Below, piece after piece: positions 6,558 through 14,677 of a stretch of DNA of 29,901 nt; position 1 is the stretch's first letter, and each line of letters opens with the position of its first letter. This DNA comes from a virus (Duplodnaviria; Caudoviricetes): positions 1 to 29,901 of IMG/VR virus record IMGVR_UViG_3300010362_000076. One strand, written 5' to 3'. A program made the position numbers and the translations under genes. The notes beneath the pieces were generated by a model that made no database searches, was not told where the DNA came from, and saw only the letters and a program-made list of their open reading frames with translations.

Positions 6558-7367
6558 ATGGGTCACACGTATCGACGACGACATCGCGTCGAAATGAACG
6601 CGCGCATCCAACGGCAGCAGCGCGAGCAGCGCCAGCAGCAACTGCGCCGTGACTATCCGCCGAAACCGCCGTACATTACCGGCGCCGTCCCACTCAACGA
6701 GTCACCTGGAGAGGAGGCCACACATGAGGAGCCGCCGATGATCATCAGTAGTCCCGATGCCGTCGCGGAGAAATTGCAAACCTGGCTACAGAATCCGCCC
6801 GCCGAAGCGACACAACCCTGGCGCGACCCACCCCCCGACGACGACCCGCCGACCACTCCCGACTTCGTGCGCGTGCGTGACGTGCTGCTCACGCCAACCG
6901 AGACTCCAGCAGCTGAGACCGTTCCACCGATGGCGATCAAAAACGTCGAGCGAGGCTCGCTCTCGCAGTTTGTCGCGCGTCACGCGAACCTCGACGCGCC
7001 GATCCTGGCCGACGAGGCGCGCCGACTGCTCGCACTCGCCAAAGACGAGGGACTCAAGACCACGTTTGGATCGCTGGCGCAGTGCATCATGGTCGCGCGC
7101 AAGAAGCGCGGCGCGGCGCCGGCGAAGGCGGCGAAGAAGAACGGGCGCGCCAAGACGAGCGACGCGAGCGGGCTCGTCACCGCCCCGGCGCGTCACGCGA
7201 GGAAGAAGAAGAACGGCGCGGCCGATGACTTGGACGTGCTCGTGCCGCAGATGATCGCCGCGCTCGATGTCTTTGGCCGGGGGCTCAAAGTGTTGATCGA
7301 CGATCGCACCGCGCTCAAAGCCAAGGTGACGCGGTTCGCGGATGCGTTTGCGAAGCTCGCCGACTGA
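6558..7367 (+). CDS. hypothetical protein with Pro-rich linker, Lys/Ala-rich segment and C-terminal coiled coil
   Basis: AAGGAG RBS; KKRGAAPAKAAKKNGRAK. Confidence 0.7.
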   Translation: MGHTYRRRHRVEMNARIQRQQREQRQQQLRRDYPPKPPYITGAVPLNESPGEEATHEEPPMIISSPDAVAEKLQTWLQNPPAEATQPWRDPPPDDDPPTTPDFVRVRDVLLTPTETPAAETVPPMAIKNVERGSLSQFVARHANLDAPILADEARRLLALAKDEGLKTTFGSLAQCIMVARKKRGAAPAKAAKKNGRAKTSDASGLVTAPARHARKKKNGAADDLDVLVPQMIAALDVFGRGLKVLIDDRTALKAKVTRFADAFAKLAD

Positions 7368-7370
7368 ACG

Positions 7371-7580
7371 ATGGGTGGCTGGTTCGAGGAACAGCGGCTG
7401 TCGTGGATCGTCGAGATGATGTGGGTCTACGGCTTCATTCGCCGGGACCACCTGATGCGGAAGTTCGGCATCTCGCAGCCGCAAGCCTCGAAGGACCTGC
7501 AGTCGGTCCTGCGCCAGCGGCCAGGACTCATGCACTACGACGTCTCGCGGAAAGCCTACGTCGCGCGAGCGAAGCGATGA
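7371..7580 (+). CDS. stand-alone winged-HTH resembling the N-terminal DNA-binding domain of CapW/BrxR-type WYL regulators
   Basis: W...QRL..I......G.I.R..LM..FGIS.PQASKDL.......P..M.YD.S.K.Y pattern. Confidence 0.75.
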   Translation: MGGWFEEQRLSWIVEMMWVYGFIRRDHLMRKFGISQPQASKDLQSVLRQRPGLMHYDVSRKAYVARAKR

Positions 7581-7783
7581 TCGTCTGCTATATGTTCAAG
7601 CCGGATCACAACGGCGAGTGCCTCACCTGCGACGAGTGGTACGACGCGCACCCGCAACCGCTCGACCCGGTGCTGCAGCACGCGCTGCGCTACTGGCGCG
7701 AAGTCTTCGAGGCGCTCGGGCCGTTCTGCCCGGCGTTCGGGTTGTTCGAGGAGCTGTTCCTGCATCTGCGACATCAGCGATGA
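7577..7783 (+). CDS. hypothetical protein
   Basis: ATGA-coupled at both ends; C...CLTC...H. Confidence 0.6.
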   Translation: MIVCYMFKPDHNGECLTCDEWYDAHPQPLDPVLQHALRYWREVFEALGPFCPAFGLFEELFLHLRHQR

Positions 7784-8115
7784 CGAAGAAGAAGCGGGCC
7801 GAGCGCTCCGACGCGGACCTTCGCGCGCTCGCGCTGAAGTGGGTCGAGGGGCGCGTCGTCACCAGCCAGACCGTGCCGCACGATCTGTGGCGGCTCGTCT
7901 TCATCCCGCTGGCGTTTATGACGAATCCCAAGCGCGAGCTGCGCGGCGTGCGAATGATCTACGCCATCCTCGGGGAGGACAAAACCACAGGGCAGCAGGT
8001 CAACGGGTACCCGATCTTCTTCTCGTGCCGCACGATGCGCGCGGCCGAGCTGAAGCGGTTCGTCACGCTCACCGACGAGGCGCGAGCGGCGCGCGAGGCG
8101 TTTCTCAAGTCGTGA
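7780..8115 (+). CDS. hypothetical phage protein
   Basis: ATGA-coupled; VNGYPIFFSC motif. Confidence 0.7.
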   Translation: MTKKKRAERSDADLRALALKWVEGRVVTSQTVPHDLWRLVFIPLAFMTNPKRELRGVRMIYAILGEDKTTGQQVNGYPIFFSCRTMRAAELKRFVTLTDEARAAREAFLKS

Positions 8116-8345
8116 AGATTCCACGCCGCGTGAAGAAGTGGATGAAGCAGATCGACTTCGCCCATCCCCCGCGGCGCCGCCACCGCACGGTACGGCATCA
8201 TCTCGTGCTGCGCTGGCTGCGACGGCTGCGCCGGCGCTACGTGCAGTGGGAAGAGACGCACCTGTTGATGCGGCGTCGTTCAACGGTAGGACATCTGGCT
8301 CTGGCCCAGAGGATGTGGGTTCGACTCCTGCCGCCGCAGCCATGA
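8112..8345 (+). CDS. Arg-rich 77-aa ORF whose 3' part overlaps the tRNA
   Basis: GTGA overlap at start, ATGA overlap at end; MKIPRRVKKWMKQIDF... Confidence 0.45.
   Translation: MKIPRRVKKWMKQIDFAHPPRRRHRTVRHHLVLRWLRRLRRRYVQWEETHLLMRRRSTVGHLALAQRMWVRLLPPQP
8269..8342 (+). tRNA. tRNA-Gln (anticodon CTG)
   Basis: acceptor TGCGGCG/CGCCGCA, D arm GTTC..GGAC, anticodon arm TCTGG-CTCTGGC-CCAGA, T loop TTCGACT, discriminator G, encoded CCA. Confidence 0.93.
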
Positions 8346-8539
8346 CCTACGTACACATCCGCCTCGCCAACAACCTCGCGACCTACTGCGGCGAGCACGG
8401 CGAGTCGATGTCGTTGCAGCACTGGCACGAGCACGTCGTACCGAACCGCGAGTACTGCTGCGCCAACCTCTTCGCCCGCCTCTGCCCCAAGTGCGACAAG
8501 CTGATCCCGTTCCGGCTGCAGCGGGAGAACCACCTGTGA
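8342..8539 (+). CDS. Cys/His-rich small protein
   Basis: ATG shares the A of the tRNA CCA; H...YCG...CPKC; GTGA-coupled downstream. Confidence 0.6.
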   Translation: MTYVHIRLANNLATYCGEHGESMSLQHWHEHVVPNREYCCANLFARLCPKCDKLIPFRLQRENHL

Positions 8540-9015
8540 GCCCCTACTACCCGACCATCGACGAGGACCTGGCGCGGGCGAAGGAGATTCTGGCGCGCGG
8601 CAGCGTCCACTACGCCGAGCAGGATCAGCGTCCTGCCGTGCCGGGAGCCATCTACGGCGGCGACAACTACGCCGCCTACAAGCTCCTGGAGTCCTTCGTC
8701 GAGCACATCGAGTCTCGCCTGCCGCCGCGCGAACACGACGCCTTCGGCACACTCGTCGAGAAGCTCGTGCTCGAACCGCTCCAGGGTGTCACGCCGCTCC
8801 TCCCTGACGAACGCTTCGGGCAGGACGTCGCCTTCGTCGCCTTCACCATCGACAAGCTCCGCGCGCAGGTGAAGCAGCTGCACGGGCGGAACCAAGTGCT
8901 CCAGGCCGGCGTCGAGGACGCAGCCAAGGCCGTCGACGAGCAGCAGACCGAGATCGAGCGGCTGCGCGCCGAGCACGCCACGCTGCATAACAACACGGAG
9001 CCGTCCATTGACTGA
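8536..9015 (+). CDS. hypothetical protein with C-terminal coiled coil
   Basis: GTG 8536 with GGGAG RBS. Confidence 0.7.
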   Translation: MSPYYPTIDEDLARAKEILARGSVHYAEQDQRPAVPGAIYGGDNYAAYKLLESFVEHIESRLPPREHDAFGTLVEKLVLEPLQGVTPLLPDERFGQDVAFVAFTIDKLRAQVKQLHGRNQVLQAGVEDAAKAVDEQQTEIERLRAEHATLHNNTEPSID

Positions 9016-9109
9016 TCGCCGCGACTGGTGGATGGACGGCAGTGGCGTCAACCTCACATGGCTGCTGCTCCTCCTGGCCGCGCTCGTGGCGTGGGGGGTG
9101 CTCTTCTGA
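9008..9109 (+). CDS. 33-aa single-TM peptide (not in ORF track)
   Basis: TTG after GGAG; MTDRRDWWMDGSGVNLTWLLLLLAALVAWGVLF*; TGATG overlap with next gene. Confidence 0.55.
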   Translation: MTDRRDWWMDGSGVNLTWLLLLLAALVAWGVLF

Positions 9110-9318
9110 TGCCGACCATTGAACTGTTCGCGGACGACGGTAGCTACCTCTATACCGACAAGTTCGGCGGGACGTGGATCATCCAACCGACCGACTGGCC
9201 CGACCAGCCGTTCGTCATCCACCACAAAGATCGATCGGAGGCGTGGAAGCGGATGCGGAGTCCGCACTGCACCCTCACGCACGATGGCCCGTGCAACAGC
9301 GCGTGTGGAGACTACTGA
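9109..9318 (+). CDS. hypothetical protein
   Basis: ATG 9109 coupled; C-terminal CTLTHDGPC. Confidence 0.65.
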   Translation: MPTIELFADDGSYLYTDKFGGTWIIQPTDWPDQPFVIHHKDRSEAWKRMRSPHCTLTHDGPCNSACGDY

Positions 9319-9600
9319 GTGCTCACGCTCGAACTCGTCAACGTCTCGCCCGACGCCAACCCCGACAAGCCGGAGTCGGTCTACCGCTACCGCGTCTGCG
9401 TCAACAGTCGCGAGATCGTCGCCGGCACGGTCGCCGGCCACGTCCGCAACGCCGGCTGGATCACGCTCGTCCGCAGCGTGCTCGACTTCGAGGAGATGTC
9501 GGAGAAGTTCGGCCTGTTCCCGCCGACGATGCCGGTGAAGAAGTTGATCGCGCAGCGCGGGCGGCGGACCGGACGGCCGGCGAAGAAGCGCCGGCCCTAA
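9319..9600 (+). CDS. hypothetical protein
   Basis: GGAG RBS; YRYRVCVNSREIVAGTVAGHVRNAGW..LV. Confidence 0.7.
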   Translation: MLTLELVNVSPDANPDKPESVYRYRVCVNSREIVAGTVAGHVRNAGWITLVRSVLDFEEMSEKFGLFPPTMPVKKLIAQRGRRTGRPAKKRRP

Positions 9601-9612
9601 ACAGGAGGGAGA

Positions 9613-9864
9613 ATGCTCGACATGGATCGGTTGACCCGCCTCGGCGCCGAGCAACGACTCGCCGCGTGCCGCGCCGAAGTCGCTGAGCTGGAAGCGTTCA
9701 TCGCGGAGCACGCGCCGCCGCCTGACCCGCGGCTGGAGTCGCTCGATGAACGGGAACGCGTCATCGCCAACGCGCGTGCAGAGAAGAAGCGGCGCCGGCC
9801 GAAGTGGACGCCGGAGCGCCGCCGGAAGATGGAGCAGTACTACGCACAACGACGCCTGCACTGA
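9613..9864 (+). CDS. hypothetical basic protein, possible DNA binding
   Basis: AGGAGG RBS; KRRRPKWTPERRRKM. Confidence 0.7.
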   Translation: MLDMDRLTRLGAEQRLAACRAEVAELEAFIAEHAPPPDPRLESLDERERVIANARAEKKRRRPKWTPERRRKMEQYYAQRRLH

Positions 9865-9911
9865 CAGGGGGGGTCTAGACAACCCCAGCCGCAGCATGCT
9901 TGGCTCGTGGC

Positions 9912-10268
9912 ATGCTGCGCCGCTTCGTTCTCCCGCTCCTCGGCCGCAAACTGGTCGCCGAACTCGCCGGCATCCGCCAGGCGCTCAACCAGCAGACCCT
10001 CATCCTGGCGCGGCTCGCCGACCGCCTCGCGCCGGAGCCCGTCGACGACCGTGACAGCGTGAAGCACGACACCGGCGTCACGCACCTGGACGTGAACGAC
10101 GCCCTCCTCGCCCAGGCGTACATCGCGCGGACCCAGCGCGACACCGGCCACACCCCTGATGACGACGAGGTGCTGATCTACCTCGCCGACGAGCGCACGA
10201 CCGATCTGCACAAACGCCTCATCGAACGCGACGAGCAGCTCGCGCGCCTCGCGGAGTCGCGCGCATGA
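9912..10268 (+). CDS. hypothetical protein
   Basis: ATG 9912; ATGA-coupled downstream. Confidence 0.65.
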   Translation: MLRRFVLPLLGRKLVAELAGIRQALNQQTLILARLADRLAPEPVDDRDSVKHDTGVTHLDVNDALLAQAYIARTQRDTGHTPDDDEVLIYLADERTTDLHKRLIERDEQLARLAESRA

Positions 10269-10477
10269 GTACCCCGCGTCGCCGCTCCGGCGAGGTCGTC
10301 CTGGTCGCGTTGACCACCGCGGTGCTCGTGCCGGTCGAGCGCGACCGCGAAGTCACCCGTCTGCTCCAGCCGCAGCCGCCGCTGCCGATTCCCGATCGCA
10401 CGTTCCCGCGGCCCTTCCCTGGCTGCTTCGCCTACCAGGTCCTCGGCCACCGCATCATCACCGCGTACCGCAGCTGA
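10265..10477 (+). CDS. hypothetical protein
   Basis: coupled at both ends. Confidence 0.55.
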   Translation: MSTPRRRSGEVVLVALTTAVLVPVERDREVTRLLQPQPPLPIPDRTFPRPFPGCFAYQVLGHRIITAYRS

Positions 10478-11262
10478 TGGCGAAGTCGACCGCCAGTGCG
10501 CTCGTCCCCGCCGCGGTGCGCCGCGGCAACGACACGCTCAGCGATGCCGAGTGGGCGCTGAGCGATCACTCGATCGCGACGTTCGTCGCCCAGGTCGGCG
10601 GCAAGCAGGAACTGATCGACGCGCTCGCGGTCGCCGACTCCGCGCCCGATGTCGACCGCATCGTGCGCCTGCTGCTCGATCCGCGCTACGACGGCTACAG
10701 CCTGAAGCGGCTCTGCGCCCTGGCCGGCGTCACCGTCGCCGATCTCTTCGTCGCCTACCGCAAGGCGTTGATCGCGCGGTCGCATCTCGAAGCCTCGCGC
10801 ATCATCGCGGCGAAGCTCCCACCCGTGGTCGACGATGTGATGACGCGCGCGGCGCCGCAGCCGATGACGTGCCCGAGCTGTCACAACGCGCCCGGCAAGC
10901 GCGAGCTGTGCGTGACCTGTCAGGGCAGCGGCGCGATCAAGACCGAGCCCGATCTCGATCGACAGAAGCTCGCGCTCGAACTCGGTCAGCTCACGCAGAA
11001 GTCGAAGGGGCTCTTCATTCAACAGAACGCGATCGCCGCCAGCGCGGCGACGTTGAGCAGTCCAGGAGGCGGCATGCTCGAACAGCTGCAGCAAGTGGTT
11101 GGCGATCTCCTCTTCAGCCGCGAGGCGCGGATGGAATCTGATCCGCCAGCACCGCGCGAACCCGATCCGCCGTCGATGGTTCCCGACGAGGACGACCGCG
11201 ACGAGCCCGACGACGACGAGGAGGCGCCCGAGGCGGCTGACGAGAAGGCCGGTGCGTCGTGA
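10477..11262 (+). CDS. putative terminase small subunit-like protein with inserted CxxC/CxxCxGxG zinc finger
   Basis: HTH-like SLKRLCALAGVTVADLF, helical oligomerisation-like region, acidic tail, upstream of TerL; the function call is positional. Confidence 0.45.
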   Translation: MAKSTASALVPAAVRRGNDTLSDAEWALSDHSIATFVAQVGGKQELIDALAVADSAPDVDRIVRLLLDPRYDGYSLKRLCALAGVTVADLFVAYRKALIARSHLEASRIIAAKLPPVVDDVMTRAAPQPMTCPSCHNAPGKRELCVTCQGSGAIKTEPDLDRQKLALELGQLTQKSKGLFIQQNAIAASAATLSSPGGGMLEQLQQVVGDLLFSREARMESDPPAPREPDPPSMVPDEDDRDEPDDDEEAPEAADEKAGAS

Positions 11263-11690
11263 TGTTTGGGCTGGGGGGAATGTTCGGCACGGCCCCCGGT
11301 CTCGGCAAGGCGGTCGGCGCGGCGGCGGGTAAAGCCGCCGGGAAGATTCCTGGTGCGCCAGGTCCCGGTGCGCCCGCGACGCCGATCGGCCCGGCCACGC
11401 CCGGCGGGATGTCCACCGTCGCCGCCGGCCAGAATCTCCTCGGTACCGGCGACCTGATGAAGGGCGGCGGCGGGATGCAGTTCCCTGGCATGAGCGCGCC
11501 GATCGCCAACCAGGCGGGCACGTCGATCGGGATGCAGGCGCCGGGCTCGATGAGCCTGGGCGGTGAGCGCGGACCGGCGTCGCCGATCCAGCAGGCGCAG
11601 GGACCGCAGGCGCCCGGCGGACTGCAGAAGCCACAGACGATGAACAAGACCTTCGGCTTCCGCGGGCCGAGGGGCATGACGCGGAGGTGA
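11259..11690 (+). CDS. low-complexity Gly/Ala/Pro/Met-rich protein
   Basis: GTGA-coupled; composition typical of disordered virion-internal proteins. Confidence 0.6.
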   Translation: MMFGLGGMFGTAPGLGKAVGAAAGKAAGKIPGAPGPGAPATPIGPATPGGMSTVAAGQNLLGTGDLMKGGGGMQFPGMSAPIANQAGTSIGMQAPGSMSLGGERGPASPIQQAQGPQAPGGLQKPQTMNKTFGFRGPRGMTRR

Positions 11691-11693
11691 TCG

Positions 11694-12062
11694 ATGCCTG
11701 GGTTCTTCGACCGCGTCAAAGACGCCTACCGGTGGGCCGGCGATCGGATGGTCGGCAACTACCCGGAGTACCAACACGAGCGCGCGTTCGAGGACACGCT
11801 CCAGCGCCCGGCGACGGTGTCCAATCGCGCGATTGACGTCCCTGACGCAGCGTCGTCAATCTTCCACCCGCGCGACCCGTGGGACGATCCCGACCTGGTC
11901 CCTGGCCTGGCGCAACGATCGCCCGCGTGGACGGCGGGACTCAAGGCCCGCGAGGCGAAGCCGATCAGCACCCCCGAACTCTTCGGGATGCGATCGCCCG
12001 AGCCGCCGGATCGCAAAAAGAAACTGACCAAGCCGCGCGAGTTGTCGCGCCGTCGCCGGTGA
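11694..12062 (+). CDS. hypothetical protein
   Basis: GGAGG RBS; basic C-terminus. Confidence 0.65.
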   Translation: MPGFFDRVKDAYRWAGDRMVGNYPEYQHERAFEDTLQRPATVSNRAIDVPDAASSIFHPRDPWDDPDLVPGLAQRSPAWTAGLKAREAKPISTPELFGMRSPEPPDRKKKLTKPRELSRRRR

Positions 12063-12063
12063 C

Positions 12064-14346
12064 GTGTACCACCCCACCCTGATTGCGCGGCGCGAGGCGG
12101 CGACCGCCCGCGCCTTCCGCGCCGCCTACCCGCACGGCCTGCCGGTCTACACGCTCGACGACTCAGCCGCCCTCACTGCCAGCGCCATGCAAGCGGTCGA
12201 TGAGACCGGCGCCTTCCGCCGGCCGCTCACCGAAGACGAGCAGCGCTTCATCGGCGTCGCGCGCGTCCGATCGATCTACGACTTCCCGTGGTTCGCCGAA
12301 CGCTTCTGCTGGATCGACGCCGAAGGGCACGGGCTGCGTCGCCTCTCGCCGCTGTGGGAGTCGCAGAAGCTGGTGCTCGACCAGCTCGCGCGCATCGAGC
12401 TGAAGCACGCCGAGGAGAAGTCGCCTGACGGGCTGCTGCTCAACATCCTCAAGGCGCGGCAGCTCGGGGTGAGCACGTTGTCGGAAGCGCTCGTCGCGCA
12501 CCGCCTGGTCAGCCGCACGCACATCCGCGCGCTCGCCGGCGCCGACGTCGAAGACCAGGCCGGCTATCTGTTTCGCATGGTGCTGCGCCTCTACGACGAG
12601 CTGCCCTGGTTCCTGAAACCGTCACGGCTCTACTTCACCAAGAACCGCGAGCTGCATCTCTCGAACCAGTCGTACCTCAAAACCGCCTGGGGCAAATCCA
12701 CGCGCGGCGCGCTGCAGTCGATCACCGGGCTCGAAGGCTCGAAGGGATCGATCGGCCGTGGCCAGACGTACTCCGTCGTCCACATCTCCGAGCTGCCGAC
12801 CTGGGAGAACCCGGAGCAGCTCGACACCGCGCTCCTGCCCGCGATCCCGGTCGCGTCCGACACGCTCGTCCTCTACGAAGCGACCGCGGAGTTTGCTGGC
12901 GACTGGTGGCATCGCCACTGGCTCGCCAGTGGGGAAGGGGTCGGCCGCTTCACCAACGTCTTCATCCCCTGGTCGGCTGAGCCGTCGAAGTATTCCCTGC
13001 CCGCGCCTGCGGAGTGGCAACCGTCCGCGACCACGCTCGCGCACGCCGACAAATGCCGGCGCGACAGCCCGAAGTGGTTCGGCAAAGCGGTCACGCTCTC
13101 GCGCGAGCAGCTCTACTGGTACGAGACGACGCGCCGCTTCTACGAATCGAAGGGCGCGCTCTACAAGTTTCTCAAGGAGTACCCCGCCGACGATCAGGAG
13201 TGCTTCCAGTACGCCGGCCGCTCGATCTTCACGATGGAGCAGCTCGAACAGATCGACGCCGCCGGATCGCGCCGGCCGCTCCTCGATGTCTGGGCGGTCG
13301 AGCCCGCACTCGACATCGCGCGGCTGCGGCGCGATCTCTCGACCGTCGATGTCGTCAGCAAGAAGCCCGTCCCGCCACTCGCACCGCACACCAATGCGCG
13401 CGGCGCCCTGGCGCACGAACTCTCGCCCGTGCCGCCCGGCTACGGCTTCCGCCGTTTGTCCGCCTCCGAGCTGAAGGCGATGCCGAACCTGCGCAAGTCG
13501 GTGTTCGCGATCTGGGAGTACCCGCGGCTGCGCGGCTCGCGGCGCTACGTGATGTCGGTCGACGTCAGTGACGGCCTCGGCCAGGACTACTCGATCATCG
13601 ACGTCATTCGCTACCCGACGATCGACGAGCCGGCGGAACAGGTCGCGCAGTACTGCAGCGACGCCGTCGATCCGAAAGGGCTCGCGTTTGTCTGTGACGC
13701 GATCGGCCGCTACTACCTCGACGCCGACCAGGTCGAAGCGATGGCCGCGATCGAGACCAACGCGCACGGCCTGGCGACGCAGGACACGCTGCAGCTGCAT
13801 CTCGGCTACAGCCACTTCTACGTCTGGGAGTACGCCGACGCCGCGACACCGGAGCGCCGCTACTCCACCCGCATCGGCTGGATGACGTCGCCGCGCACGC
13901 GCCCGCTGCTCCTCGCCAGCTTCCACGGTGCGGTGACCAACTTCGATCCGATCACGCAGCTGCCCGAGATGCTGCTCAATTCCCCGATCACCAGGGGGGA
14001 GTTGCGCCACTTCATTACCCCCGGCACGATTGGCGAAGCCGAGGCGGCGCGCGGGCAACACGACGACGCCGTCATGTCGGCGGCGATCGGCTACTACGTC
14101 GCCTGGCGCATGGCCGGCGGCGAGGTCGAACCGATTGCCGAACGCCGGCATCGCAAGTCGGCACTCGACGCGCTCAATCGCGAACGCGCGCTCCCCCGAC
14201 CGGACTGGCGGAACAGCCCGGCCACCGCTGACGAAGCAGACATCTTGGAGCCTGATCATGAATCGATCGTCGGCGACGACCACCAGGACTACCAGCTCGG
14301 GAGCGACAGCGCCGGGCTCCACTTCGACGACCGCACGCGCGCCTAA
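12064..14346 (+). CDS. terL: terminase large subunit
   Basis: Q motif (WESQ), Walker A LKARQLGVST, Walker B VVHISE, coupling motif EATA, RNase H-like VMSVDVSDG..D, IETN, HDDAVMS. Confidence 0.93.
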   Translation: MYHPTLIARREAATARAFRAAYPHGLPVYTLDDSAALTASAMQAVDETGAFRRPLTEDEQRFIGVARVRSIYDFPWFAERFCWIDAEGHGLRRLSPLWESQKLVLDQLARIELKHAEEKSPDGLLLNILKARQLGVSTLSEALVAHRLVSRTHIRALAGADVEDQAGYLFRMVLRLYDELPWFLKPSRLYFTKNRELHLSNQSYLKTAWGKSTRGALQSITGLEGSKGSIGRGQTYSVVHISELPTWENPEQLDTALLPAIPVASDTLVLYEATAEFAGDWWHRHWLASGEGVGRFTNVFIPWSAEPSKYSLPAPAEWQPSATTLAHADKCRRDSPKWFGKAVTLSREQLYWYETTRRFYESKGALYKFLKEYPADDQECFQYAGRSIFTMEQLEQIDAAGSRRPLLDVWAVEPALDIARLRRDLSTVDVVSKKPVPPLAPHTNARGALAHELSPVPPGYGFRRLSASELKAMPNLRKSVFAIWEYPRLRGSRRYVMSVDVSDGLGQDYSIIDVIRYPTIDEPAEQVAQYCSDAVDPKGLAFVCDAIGRYYLDADQVEAMAAIETNAHGLATQDTLQLHLGYSHFYVWEYADAATPERRYSTRIGWMTSPRTRPLLLASFHGAVTNFDPITQLPEMLLNSPITRGELRHFITPGTIGEAEAARGQHDDAVMSAAIGYYVAWRMAGGEVEPIAERRHRKSALDALNRERALPRPDWRNSPATADEADILEPDHESIVGDDHQDYQLGSDSAGLHFDDRTRA

Positions 14347-14677
14347 CCCGCTGTTCGTCGAAATTCGCGCGCGGTTGAATCAACTGGAGCGGCAGCTTAC
14401 GACACCCGCAGTCGTCGCCGGGCTCCAGCTCACGCCCCTCGACTGCACGCGCCTCGAAGAGACGACCGGCTTCGCGTCGACGCGCACCGTCGAGGAGTTC
14501 CTGCGCGCGGTCGAACGCCTGGCGTCGATCACGATCGGCGACATCCGCATCCCGTTCACGCCCGGCCAGCTCGCGGAACTGAAGCACCGCGCGGCGAAGC
14601 GCGGGCGCACGGTCGAAGTTGAGATGCAAGCGGTCGTGGATCGCATCCGCGACGAGCTGTTCTACAAGGGCGGGTAG
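14258..14677 (+). CDS. hypothetical protein with C-terminal ribbon-helix-helix-like segment
   Basis: ATG 14258 after GGAG, overlapping the terL end; IRIPFTPGQLAELKHRAAKRGRTVE. Confidence 0.65.
   Translation: MNRSSATTTRTTSSGATAPGSTSTTARAPNPLFVEIRARLNQLERQLTTPAVVAGLQLTPLDCTRLEETTGFASTRTVEEFLRAVERLASITIGDIRIPFTPGQLAELKHRAAKRGRTVEVEMQAVVDRIRDELFYKGG

Noticed and set aside
8269-8342. Suppressor tRNA/stop-codon recoding, or tRNA as an att site
   Set aside because: Anticodon is CTG (sense Gln); core genes are uninterrupted in the standard code; no duplicated tRNA 3' end or integrase in the window
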